Positions 52,463-64,000 of a stretch of 64,000 bases of DNA are shown here, piece after piece. A program made the translations under genes and the position numbers. Numbering within the stretch: the stretch's first letter is position 1; every line of letters starts with the position of its first letter. Source of the stretch: Octopus sinensis (taxonomy: Eukaryota); assembly GCF_006345805.1 (NCBI RefSeq), contig NC_043000.1, forward strand, positions 63,674,001-63,738,000. Reading direction: 5' to 3'. A model generated the notes under the pieces. The model ran no database searches, was not told the DNA's origin, and was given only the letters and a program-made list of their open reading frames with translations.

Positions 52463-54109
52463 TTGATTTTTCTCATTTTATTATAATTCCTTGGCTGTAC
52501 TATCCTTATCGAAATACCCAGCCACAACAGTGACGTGACTGTTATAATAAAATTATACCTATATCTGCGTCCAGTGCGGTGATAGATAAGGATGTTCTTT
52601 AGAAGTAAAGGTTTTTGCAGTTTTAGATTGAGATATTTGTCTAGTATTTTGGGAGACAGTTTGAAGAGAAAAGCAACCATTCCAATTTAAAATCCTTTGA
52701 AGCCGAGATCTTAGGATAAAAAGACGCTCCATGTTGCACACAAATTTTATTCTTAAAAACTAAACTTGAAAATGGTTCCTTCAACTATCGGGGACGAGCA
52801 GGGATGTAAAATTACCAATAGCAATTAATTTTAATTAGGTACTTAATTACGAGGTGGGGTATTAATCATCTCTCCAAGCAACTTGGACTCATTGATGTTA
52901 TTTGTTAAACCTGGGTAGTTAACACAATAATGGTTTCTAGTTATATGAATTTTAAAAAGGGGATTAAAATGATCCATCATGCAGAAAGCAGTACTTAAAA
53001 AGTGGACAGTTTTAATCCAATGTGACCCAGTGCTAAATATGAGTCCAAACGATTGCACCGTAGATTACATAAACATTGGAAGAGAATATTAAGATCTTTT
53101 CTGCTTGGCTGCCACTTGTCCCTTTCTTCAATTTTGTTCCAACGGATTTTAAATTTGGTGCATTGATGTAATTTTCTTTCCTCATTATTGATATCAAGTT
53201 CATTTTCGCCATAAATCAATAAATAAGCAGTTAATAGCTTTAAAAGTTTGCAAATTTGGGGTTATTTCAGCCAATCGAAAACCAAACATATAGATGCCTA
53301 TTTCTATAGTAACAAACCAAGCGTCGGGAACTCTCCTGTATAAAGCACGTGCGTTTATGAAAAACGAAAAAGGTATGTTTACGAAATGTTTCATTTGCTT
53401 ACAGTTTTTTTTTCTGATCTTAAAAGTACAAAATGTGTTTTGCTCTTGTTTTCGCATTAAATGCATATTGAATGGATAAAACTACAAAATATATGTTGTT
53501 TATTCGTTCTATGGTCATTTTTCACTTATTAGATACTTAAAACATGTACTATCGTTGCAACGTTGACGACTGGTTTTGTCGTCTTATTCACAAAATGACA
53601 GCTTCCAAATCCTGTTTTCTGACTAGGTGAAAAATTATCAAACTATAAACCTTTATAACTGGGTTTTTTTTTCTGGAACAAGTGAATTAGGCCCTGAGAT
53701 TCAGCGTGAAAAATTACATCAATACTCCAAATTTGAAAATTTTCACTTAAACTTAAAATTTCAAAACATGCAGCCAAATAGAAAAGATCTAAATATTAAA
53801 CTACTTTGAGAACGATAAACCGCTGATTTGGTAGATCACCGCTTAAACTATCTTACGGTATTTAGTAAATACATGTCTTTACGTTTTTAGTTCATATCCT
53901 GCTGGAATCGATTCCCAATCATTCAGCTGTTCGCCAGGGCTTGGTTTTGTTCCCCACCATCACCACCACTATTGTCTTCATCCCAAAAATCAATGACCTT
54001 TCTCCGCAACCAATAACGCCCACTTTTATGCAAATGAGATGATAATTCATTCCTCCCTGATTTTCCCTAACCGCGCATCATTCATATTCAGCTTTAACAT
54101 CACCCGCCA

Positions 54110-54330
54110 AATCTGCATTGATTCCATAAACGGAGATCTTGAGAGCATGCACCACTCTATCAAAAAAACACCGACGTACCACATAACCAAAACATAAGTG
54201 GCATTCATGTTTTAGAGCTGTATTCCAAAGATTGTCCTTTTTATTCAGGACTGGAAAATATTTCAGTCCCCTATCAGGTGATGGTACTCTAAAGGCTCAA
54301 GTGAGGTTTACAATAGAGAATTGCTCCCGC
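54110..54330 (-). pseudogene. CR1-like RT domain 2-3 relic
   Basis: LEYHHLIGD and FFDRVVHALKISVYGINADL (AFDRVWH...YGI-like). Confidence 0.5.
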
Positions 54331-54449
54331 ATCTGAAACGGTGCTGTTGCTATGTATACAGACATCCTGGACCGCACCCAGCGAAGAGCCACTCAATTGA
54401 TTAGCATTTAATCACTGACACGATCCAGCTTCTAACATACAGGTGCACT

Positions 54450-54720
54450 CCCTCTTTCCTCTATCTATTCTGTCTGGTCTCTCTGATTTTTTGTCGCTCT
54501 ACTTGGAGCTAGCTGATCTCGCGCCTGCGCCATGCAGGAAACCCCAACCCATTTATCTCTCCACCTTGGTGCATTCAAACTGCTCTAGCCCCTCCCTAAT
54601 CACTATGCCGAATCTATCTTCTCTGGAACATCGGTCATTTAGAATCTTTCCCTGTGCATATCTTTCCTATGAGTTCCCACCCGCAGTTGATTAAATGGAC
54701 CATAAACGGCATCAAGCTCC
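54450..54720 (+). pseudogene. CR1-like LINE 3' end relic
   Basis: ELADLAPAP...HYAESIFSGTSVI.NLFPVHIFPMSSHPQLIKWTIN, resembling the CR1 C-terminal SELA.LVP...SFF.RT..LWN.LP..VFP. Confidence 0.55.
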
Positions 54721-55284
54721 TCGGTCTTGAGGGACTTGTACAGATTATGGACACTATACTTTACTACAAATCCATCCAGCAAGTAGAAAAGAAATCATTC
54801 TGGAATCGATATGATACTAGTCAAGTACTGAAGTCGATTTATCCATTCCATGCCTTCCGCCAAAAATGTGTGGCCCTATGCCAAAGTTAGTTTTGGCCCA
54901 ATTTCATTTCAGACCCAATTTAATTTTGAACATTGCTCCAAAGCCTTCATTCATCAAATATCATATAACAATTTAGTGTTTATGTAGTTGGTGTTGTTGT
55001 TGCTTAGCCTCAAGTGGGCCCCAGTAGAGCAAGCATATGATCAAGGTTTATGTAGCACATTTTGTTTTCTGGCTGTAATGTACTATGGGCTACATTATCC
55101 AATTTCTTCTCTTTTTTACCTTTTTGTTAATTGGGCATGTTTGAAGGACATTTGGTTGTAACCACGTGGGAGGCGCCCACAAATTGAAAGGGGTTCTCTG
55201 AAAAGGAATACTTATTTGAACAATTTTACTGAATTCTTCGAATTTTATTTGCTGGGTTTTAGTTGAATTAACATTTGGAGTTGA

Positions 55285-55500
55285 GAAGGCGGCGAGCTGG
55301 CAGAATCGTTACAGCACCAGGGAAAATGTTTAGGCAGCATTTCTTCTGACTTTTCATTCTCAGTTCAAATGCCGTCGGGGTCGACTTTGCCTTTCATCCT
55401 TTCGGGATGGATAAAATAAGTATCAGTTGAACACTGGGGTCAATGTAATCGATTTATCCCCACCCCTGAAATTGCTCCTAGTGGCAAAATTTGAAATCAA
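55285..55500 (+). mobile_element. SINE family B copy
   Basis: GGCGGCGAGCTGGCAGAATCGTT...GTTCAAATG...CCTTTCATCCTTTCGGG. Confidence 0.8.
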
Positions 55501-55910
55501 TATTTGGAGTTAGGAGGTAAGGAGTCTCACTCTGATGACCAAATTAATTTATTGATTTCATTTATTTACGTTTCCATCCCATTATTTATGGATCCGTCCG
55601 CTATTATTCACGCCAAAACAGTGGCAAGATTTTCTTTTCAAGGAAAAGGAGAAATAGATTTTGACTCCAGTTCCTTTTCAGGTGTTTCTTGATTCTTATT
55701 TATTATCTATGTAATTATCTTTTAGCGTTTACTTGTGCCAGCCATTAGACTGCGGTCATGCTGGAGCACCGCCTTGAATAAATTTTAGTCGAATGAATCG
55801 ACCCCGTTACTGGTACTACTTCTATTGTTGTCTTTTGCCAAACCGCTAAGTTACGGGGACTTAAACACACCAACAGCAGCTGTCAAGTGCTGATGAGGGA
55901 CAAACACACA

Positions 55911-55954
<44 letters not shown>

Positions 55955-55971
55955 ACACACACACACATACA

Positions 55972-57173
55972 CGAGGGTCGGCTGAAAAGCCTATAGTCTC
56001 ATAAAAATATTCTCATGGAATATGACCCCAAAAAAGGTATATTTTTCAATATAGTCCCCCTTGCGGTCCATACACTTCTTCCATCGATGTTGCAGTGCCA
56101 GGATCGTATTCGTGAAGAAATTTCATCCTGTTGACCAAAAAAATCATCAACAGTGACCAGCCAAGTGTCTTTTTTTTTCATTTTGGTGGGAAAGATGATA
56201 GTTAGATGGAGCCAAATCAGAAGTATAGGAAGGGTGATCAACCAGTTCAAAGCCACAGTCACGCACAGCAGTCTTTAAAACGAAGAACTTGTGTGCTGGA
56301 GCATTGTCCAATAAAACAAGACTCCTTTCGTAAGTATTTCTGGACACTTGGTCTTGATAGCCTTTCATAACTGCCTCATCAAGTTGGCATAGTACTTTCT
56401 ATTGAGGATGTGGCCCTTTTGAAGGTAGTCAATAAACACAATACCTTTTGCATCCCAAAAAACTGAGGCCATCACCTTCCTTGCAGATGAAACGACCATT
56501 ACCTTATTTGAGAAAGAGAGGAGCAGTGTTTTCATTGCTTGGATTGTCTCTTTGTCTCTGGCTCAAAATGATCAACCCAACATTCATCCTGGGTTAAGAA
56601 ACGTTCAAGGAAACTAACTGGATCTGCCTGAAACAATGTCAAGTTTTCCCGTAATGTGATCAGCCAAGTGCACTTTTGATCAAGTGTCAGAAGACGTGGC
56701 ACCCACCGAACAGAAAACTTTTGTCATGCCAAGTTCATAGTACAGAATATTCTCAATCCTCTCACGTGACATGTTAATAGCATTGGCTGTTTGATTTATA
56801 ATCAATCGCTTCTCATTTATCACTAAGATCAATGTTTTCCTTGGTGGTGACTGTCGCAAGACGTCCTGACCTTGGGTCATCTTCAAGACTCTCCCATCAT
56901 TTCTTAAATTCAGCTGTCCATTCCTTTATGTAGCAACCATGTCAGCATGAACGTCTTTGAGTAGCTAAATCCTCTTTCTGCAGGTACTTGATAACATCAT
57001 GATTTTGTCGATTTTCAAGAGAAATCACTACTCGTTTCTTCTGAAGTCTTCTTTGGACAGTCAGATGTCAGTTTACCTGGAAATAAAACAATACAGTTAT
57101 TAATAAGTGTTTAAATTAGTGCATGCGGGATTTCACAGGTGTAGTGTCACTCCTTCATAGTCAGCCTGTGAAC
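55972..57173 (-). mobile_element. Degenerate full-length mariner (DD34D-type) element
   Basis: CGAGGGTCGGCTGAAAAG end at 55972 and partial TIR GTCAGCCTGTGAAC at 57160-57173. Transposase pieces EDDPRSGRP, ELGMTKV..., TQDECWV.HFEPETK, FWDAKGIVFIDYL, LLDNAPAH and CGFELVDHPSYTSDLAPSNYHL. Confidence 0.88.
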
Positions 57174-57174
57174 G

Positions 57175-57216
<42 letters not shown>

Positions 57217-57254
57217 TGTGTGTGTGTGTGTAAGTGCGCATGCGTGGATACGAT

Positions 57255-57412
57255 AGACTTCTTTCAGTTTCCGCCTACCAAATCCACTCACAAGACACTG
57301 GTCAGCCCGAGACTATAGTGGAAGACACTTGCCCAAGGTGGCACACAGCAGAACTGAACCCGGAGTCATGTGGTTGGGTAGCAAGCTCCTAACCACTCAG
57401 TCACACCTGCGC
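57255..57412 (-). mobile_element. SINE family A copy
   Basis: Reverse complement of the family A consensus. Confidence 0.8.
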
Positions 57413-58469
57413 CCATTTCTATTTATTCATTTGCTTTTACTTTTACAGTTAATCCGAAATAGGTATCAGATTATAGAAATGTTGCTCGCTAGACTAACAT
57501 CATATCCAGGGTGTGTTTTATCTCACATCCACTTAACTTCATAATACCAAAGCTAAGTACCAGTCTGCGAATGTCTCTCAGACATTACCAAACACACTTT
57601 CAAAAATTTTCATATTTTATACATTTTTTGTATATATCTTTTGTAATTATTTTTCTGCAATTAATTATTATTATTATTAACTTCATATGTATCTTTTATA
57701 GCTAATATTTTCACATTTTAAACACTTTTACGTGTGTGTGTGTGTGTGTGCGCGCATATATGTGTATGTATACGTACATACGCACATAATTATTATTCAC
57801 TTTAATTACATTACACATTTTATAAAGATTTCCTTCCTTCCTCCTTGTACGTACTTCTTGATCGTGTTCCATTTAATCATATTTTAAAATATCGATTTCT
57901 AACAATGGTGCAAGGCATCGAATTTTATAGGAAAGGTATAACCAATTAAGAACCCCTTATATCATGATTGGTATCAACTCCATAAGGATGAATGACTAGG
58001 ATCTGGTGGGATTTGAATTCAGAAAGCTAAATATTAATATATAACTGTACTAGAGTTTATCAGCGAAACATTTTCTACTGAGCAAGACAAGAATGATCAA
58101 TATGCGTATTGAAATAGACAGAATGTAAATCATTCTTAGTACTGCCACCTGAACAGAATATGCTTCGCCAAGGTCAATGTGACCGAAATATGTCCGTTGC
58201 TGTCAACAGTTGGTTTAAAGATTAGATCCATTCACATACTATTATTACTGTATATTCAAAAATTTCAGTTCATTGATTTTATTGGATTGCTTCCTATACC
58301 TGTGGAATATAGACAGCCCTGGAGAAAGCTTTTGACTCATAATTTCAAGGTTAATCTCAGTTAATCAAGGATTTTTAAATCATTATATTAAAGATGTTAG
58401 ATTCTACTGTATTTACAGAATGCAATCCCGAGGTATTTTCTCTTAGTTATGGTGTAAATATTGGTTTCA

Positions 58470-58890
58470 AATTTTGGCACACGACCAGCAGTTTCGAAGG
58501 GAAGGGTCAAATCGATTACATCGAGCTCAACTGGTACTTATTTTATCGACCTCGAAAGGATGAAAGACAGAGTCAACCTCGGCGGGATTTGAACTCAGAA
58601 TGTAGAGGTGGACAAAATGCCGCTAAGCATTTTTCCCAGTGCTGTAACGATTCTTATTTCTTTATTGCCCACAAGGAGCTAAACATAGAGGGGACAAACA
58701 AGGACAGACAAAGGTATTAAAGTCGATTGCATCGACCCCAGTGCGTAACTGGTACTTAATTTATCGACCCCGAAAGGATGAAAGGCAAAGTCGACCTCGA
58801 CGGAATTTGAACTCAGAACGTAGCGGCAGACGAAATACCGCTAAGCATTTCGCCCGGCGTGCTAACGATTCTGCCAACTCACCGCCTTAG
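58470..58890 (-). mobile_element. Composite (dimer-like) family B SINE
   Basis: Same linker and layout as 49454-49810. Confidence 0.8.
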
Positions 58891-59789
58891 TTATGTTGTT
58901 AATATTGTAATGAGAATTGTCAACACGGCGAGCTGTCAGAATGTTTATGATGCTGGATAAAATGTTTTGCCACATTTCTTTCGTTTTTTTTGTTTTTTTT
59001 TAGATTAAATATCTCCGAGGTCGACTTTACCTTTCATCCTTTCAGAGTCAATAAAATAAGTACCAGTCAAGTACTTTTTCTGAGGTCGATGTAATCGACT
59101 ACACCATCACCAATCGCTAGCCTTGTGTCAAAAATTAAAGGGAATTATAGTGAGAATGGTCAACGCAGCGTCCTGGCAGAATCGTTAGAAGAATAGTAAA
59201 AGAGCCGGACAAAATCCTTAGCAGCATGTCTTTACTTTCTGAGTTCGAATGTCGCCGAAATCGAATTTACCTTTCTTCCTTTCAGGGATCGATAAAATAA
59301 GTACCCATTGAACACAGGGGTCGGTGTAATCAACTAAACCCATCCCCTTAAATTGTTGGCCTTGTGCTAAAATTAGAAAGAGTTATGGGAATGGCTGATG
59401 CAGGAGTTTGCAGAAATGTCAGAGTATCACAAAAATGCTATCGTTAGAGAGGACGATTGGAAGAAAAGAACTGAAAATCGAGCAAAAGTACATATTCACA
59501 TAATTTTATTTTTTTCCATCTTTTAGTTTTAGATCATTACTTCCAATCCCGTCACGACCGATTTTTCTTTTTTCCTCCTTCCAGGGTAGATGAAATAAAG
59601 TAACCATCAAATACTAAGATCGATATAATCGAAATATAATTCATCCACCAAATTTGAGTCAGCTTTGCAACTAAGTGGGCTCAAGATCAGTCCCAATGCG
59701 CGACATCTTGGGCAAATGTCTTATATTATAATCTTCCAATATCTTGTGATTAAATTTGATAGACGGAAAGTGTGTGGAAGCATGTCGTG

Positions 59790-59836
<47 letters not shown>

Positions 59837-60009
59837 TGTGTGTGGTGTGTGTGTGTGTGTGTGTGTGTGAATTTATGCATGTGCACTTCTGCTTTGAATT
59901 ATTTAAATCCTTCCCCTGAGGAAGGAGATAGTTTCTAACAAAGATACAAAGTTCCATCGTTGTAAAGTTGATAACAAAAACAATGACACATTTTATCTTT
60001 GAGTAAAGT

Positions 60010-60300
60010 CTTGCATATTTTTACTTTTCCACTTATAAGTTGTATTCTTAATGTGCGAGTTGGTTGATTTCTTATTCTGAAAATCCTAGTCTCTCCAGAT
60101 AGTCACAGGCATTTACTCTCAAAGCCAAGGGCACTAATTATTATTAGCATGAATGTGAAGTTTTTATCTGGATATAGAAGCTTGAGTTTCCGAAGCAGTT
60201 GTCCATAGCTATCCTCTTTCTCTTTCATTTTCAAATAGATATTCATGTCAGCAGGACAGCTGACATCTATGATGGTACATATTTTTTCTTGTCTCAAACA
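60010..60300 (-). pseudogene. RLE-type non-LTR retrotransposon C-terminus (R4/Dong- or NeSL-like restriction-like endonuclease)
   Basis: CTIIDVSCPADMNIYLKMKEKEDSYGQLLRKLKLLYPD...IIISALG...IQLISGKVKICKTLL matches the IID..P.D.N...K..EK..Y RLE motif. Confidence 0.75.
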
Positions 60301-60459
60301 ATAACATCCGGCTTTTTATGTTTACATTTGACGGGCGTTCTGGTGGGAATGTTCCACCAGTATTCCTTATGTTAATGTATGTATGTATATATGTATGTAT
60401 GTATGTATCTATCTATCTATCTATGTATGCATGTATGTATGTATGCATGCATGTATGCA

Positions 60460-60501
<42 letters not shown>

Positions 60502-61166
60502 GTGTGTGTGTGTGTTTGTACACCACCATCGCTTGACAATTGGTATTGGGTTGTTAGCGTAATCTAGCAGTTCGACAAATGAAATCGATACTGCATATAT
60601 CAAACTTTAAAATAAGAACTAGGGTCGATTTGTTCGTCTAAAGCCTTCAAGGTGGTGCCCCAGCATGGCTGCAGCCAGTGACTTAAACAAATAAAAGATA
60701 GATGGTTAGCGGATGAGCTGTCATAGCAGAGTAGCAATAATTCTTTTGGTTATCGGCACAAGGCCTGAAATTTTGAAAGAAGCGGGCTAGTCGATTACAT
60801 CCACTGCAGTGCTCGACTGTACTTATTTTGATCGATCACAAAATGAATGATGAAAGTCAAACTCAGCGGACTTTGAACTTAGAACGTAAAGAAATATCAC
60901 TAATAGTTTTTCCGAGCGCTAACGATTCGGCCAGCACGCCGCACAAATAGCTAGGTAACATGCGGTTTAGATTCAGTTCTCTGCCATTGGGTAAAATTTT
61001 CACTGAGGTCAACAGTTGCCATTTATTTTTAGGAGCCAATTGAGTAAGTGCCAGAAATATAGTATGGTGGCTAAAGTAAACGTTTACGCCTTGCCTCACC
61101 CAAAAGTGGTGTTGTACCAAAATCGGAGAAAACATTGTGTGTGTGTGTGGTGTGTGTGTGTGTGTG

Positions 61167-61205
<39 letters not shown>

Positions 61206-61280
61206 GTGTGTGTGTGCTTCTGTGTGTGTGCTTCTGTGTCTACGTATTTATGTTTGTGTGTGCTTCTGTGTCTACGTATT

Positions 61281-61350
<70 letters not shown>

Positions 61351-62214
61351 CGTGCGTGTGGGCGTAATGCTGAACAACTACAGCATTGCTAAGCATAGCT
61401 AAGCTAGGATTTGAAACCAAATCCACATTTTTATACATTGTCAAACAAGTATTATGTCCATTGTCTCAGCCCTTCTGCACTCATAGATGAATGCGATTAA
61501 GTTAACCTTTCTCTGGAAAGGGTCAGAACAGATATAATGAAGAAATTCCATTTTTCTCAGTTGACCAACTTTAATTAGCAAATATATAAATATACAGCTA
61601 AGTAGATATCTTTCTCTTTTTGGTAATTCAGCGCCTACTATCTTTAACCAAACAGAACCGGAGAAGACACGTGGGATGAAGTGTCACTGAAGAGATCTCG
61701 GGACGTATGATGAGTGATTCCCAATAATAGACATAAAATAAGATCCATAATAAGCAAGTGAAGAACGAATATACAGTGCGTGTGTTTATTTGGCAAGGAA
61801 AAGTGAGCGTCCCGAAATATAACAATTCATGGCTGTCCTCGTATTGGCCAATTTTCTCTGGACAGGAACAACTCTGTCGGTATGCTGATAAAGGTATCGT
61901 TTGTATCGTTCTAAATGTATCTTTCTGCCTTGATTGTTTTACTGTCTTTCTCTTTTGCAGCACAGTGTGTGTGTGTGTGTGTGTATGTGTGCGTGTGCGC
62001 GCGTGCGAGTGAGTGTGTGTGAGCGTGTGTGTGGGTGCACGTGTGTGTGTGTATGTGTGTGCGTGCGGGTGAGTGTGTGAGCGTGTGCGTGTGCGTGTGT
62101 GTGTACCTGTATATTTTTATCCTATTCATATTGTTTTATTTACATTTAATAATGATTCTCCTCCTACTCTCAAGGTTTATGACAAATACAGAAATCGCTA
62201 TCATTGGCATCGTA

Positions 62215-62361
62215 GACATTTCCACCTCCTACTCGATATCGTCATCGCCATCGTCATCGTCATTATAATCGTCATCGTTGTCGTCATCGCTAACCTCCTC
62301 CTACACCACCACATCTTCAGCAGCAACAACACCAGCGACAACAGCAGCAGCAGCATATAGC

Positions 62362-62422
<61 letters not shown>
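62215..62422. repeat. (CAT/CGT)n, (CAG)n and (TAG)n trinucleotide block
   Basis: Seen directly. Confidence 0.9.
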
Positions 62423-62707
62423 TCGAATCTTGTTGATTATGACGACAAATCGTCTCAGATGTTCTTCGTAGTCAGACAAAAATAGTATCAATGCTATGGA
62501 GCTGCTGTGCTGAAATAGCATGGAATTCGTCTATTAGTTTTGAATCATTAACGAAATAGAAGAATTGTTATAGCTGACTATTCCCTCTCAGCTTCCGCCC
62601 ACACACACTAGCACACAAACACACACGCACGCACGAGCACACACACACACACACACACACAAGCACACACACACTCACACACATACACACAGGCACACAT
62701 ACACACG

Positions 62708-62759
<52 letters not shown>

Positions 62760-62854
62760 TGTATGTGTGCGTGTGTGTGCGTGTATAAATATATTTATAT
62801 ATCACCATATGCTAATACCTCTTTCATCTCTGCGGTATATAATCAGGTGTGATG

Positions 62855-62886
<32 letters not shown>

Positions 62887-63079
62887 GATAGATAGATAGA
62901 TATATGCATTTATATGTATGTATATAAATATATATATATATATATATATGTATGTATTTATATACATATCTTTATGTATACATTTATACATGCATATAAT
63001 ACGTATATACACACATATACATACATACAAAAAAAACATAAATGTATAGGCATATCACTACGTTGATATATATATATAT

Positions 63080-63114
<35 letters not shown>

Positions 63115-63258
63115 CACGTTTATGCGTATGCATGTATGTATGTATTATGTAGTTATTTAATTTTATTTCAAGATTTCATGCCAATAGCGAAAAGGCCGGT
63201 TTCTAACCTAGATCCAAAGCTCCTTCATTGGAATTTCAACATCAACAGGGTATTTTTG

Positions 63259-63290
<32 letters not shown>

Positions 63291-63321
63291 TGTATGTATG
63301 TATTTGCGTGTGCGTGTGCGC

Positions 63322-63381
<60 letters not shown>

Positions 63382-63524
63382 ATGTATTCGTATATTATTC
63401 TTTCCACAAGCCTATACATTTTTAGTTCATTAAATGGCTTGGTGCATTAAGAATATTTATATTTTAACGTGTATACATTCCATTTTTTCCCCGATTCATT
63501 TAACTTATTTCTGTATCTTTCTAG

Positions 63525-63575
63525 GAATGAGAAGATCAGAAAGAAGTCTAGCCACTTGGTATGAATTACTCAAAG
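63525..63575 (+). CDS. Candidate 51-nt symmetric (phase 1-1) internal exon of an unidentified host gene
   Basis: Strong acceptor TTATTTCTGTATCTTTCTAG| and donor AAG|GTAAAT; only one frame is open, (G)MRRSERSLATWYELLK(G); unique sequence. Confidence 0.45.
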
Positions 63576-64000
63576 GTAAATCTGAGAATAAATAAAATAT
63601 TTAATCCCTAATCATTAGTCCGGTAAAAGTCTGTTTCAGTTAAGGCTTATTGGGAACTTCAGAAGAAGTTTAGGTAGAGCTAATTTATATATTATGTCCT
63701 TAGCTAAACAGTTCTTAAATGGGCAATTGTTATTGTCACTGTATTTGAAATTCTATGTGGAAAGGTTTTCACTAGTTTTATTTAGCATTTGAGGGTTAGT
63801 AGATGGAATAATTTGTTTGAAATTTGAAGTAGTCGAATATGAAATTTTACTGTATTTTTGTTGAAGATTTTGTACGATCTATGACTTGCTGGGGAGGGGT
63901 GGGGTTCTTAGTAAAGTCAAAAATATTTTCCAGTAAGTGTAGCTATATTTACCTTGTATGGAGGTGTGAAGTTTTTTTTTTTCTTTTGTGTCTTTTACGT

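Noticed and set aside
61628-61963. Minus-strand ORF with a hydrophobic segment faintly like the iGluR pore/M3 region
   Set aside because: The SYTANLAA-type motif is absent, the ORF start lies in a microsatellite and no splice signals were identified.

Overview
AT-rich eukaryotic (non-prokaryotic) genomic DNA, packed with (TA)n, (TG)n, (GA)n, (TACA)n and (TAGA)n microsatellites and several high-copy tRNA-derived SINE families. The repeat landscape looks like an Octopus/cephalopod genome (inference from recognised repeat types, no database search). No complete host gene is visible. Most non-TE ORFs in the track are microsatellite artefacts, and only two short candidate + strand exons were seen (20238-20400, 63525-63575). 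The main element is a near-full-length Ty3/Gypsy LTR retrotransposon (1799-6820) with near-identical LTRs, a tRNA-Trp PBS, a PPT and gag-PR-RT-RH-IN, inserted in a (TA)n tract. Relics include a Helitron PIF1 helicase, a Tx1/L1 LINE, two Penelope (GIY-YIG) fragments, a second Gypsy gag with a probable LTR, CR1-like, RTE and RLE-type LINE ends, and four Tc1/mariner elements (one DD37D, two DD34D-type, one short internally deleted copy). The most unusual signal is a set of at least four sequence-unrelated Penelope-type hammerhead ribozyme motifs. Three of them sit in short fold-back elements made of two divergently oriented copies (about 12476-12772, 32955-33191, 46756-47040), and one of these encloses a tRNA-like Pol III promoter. 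All alignments and folds were done by eye and coordinates of degenerate relics are approximate.
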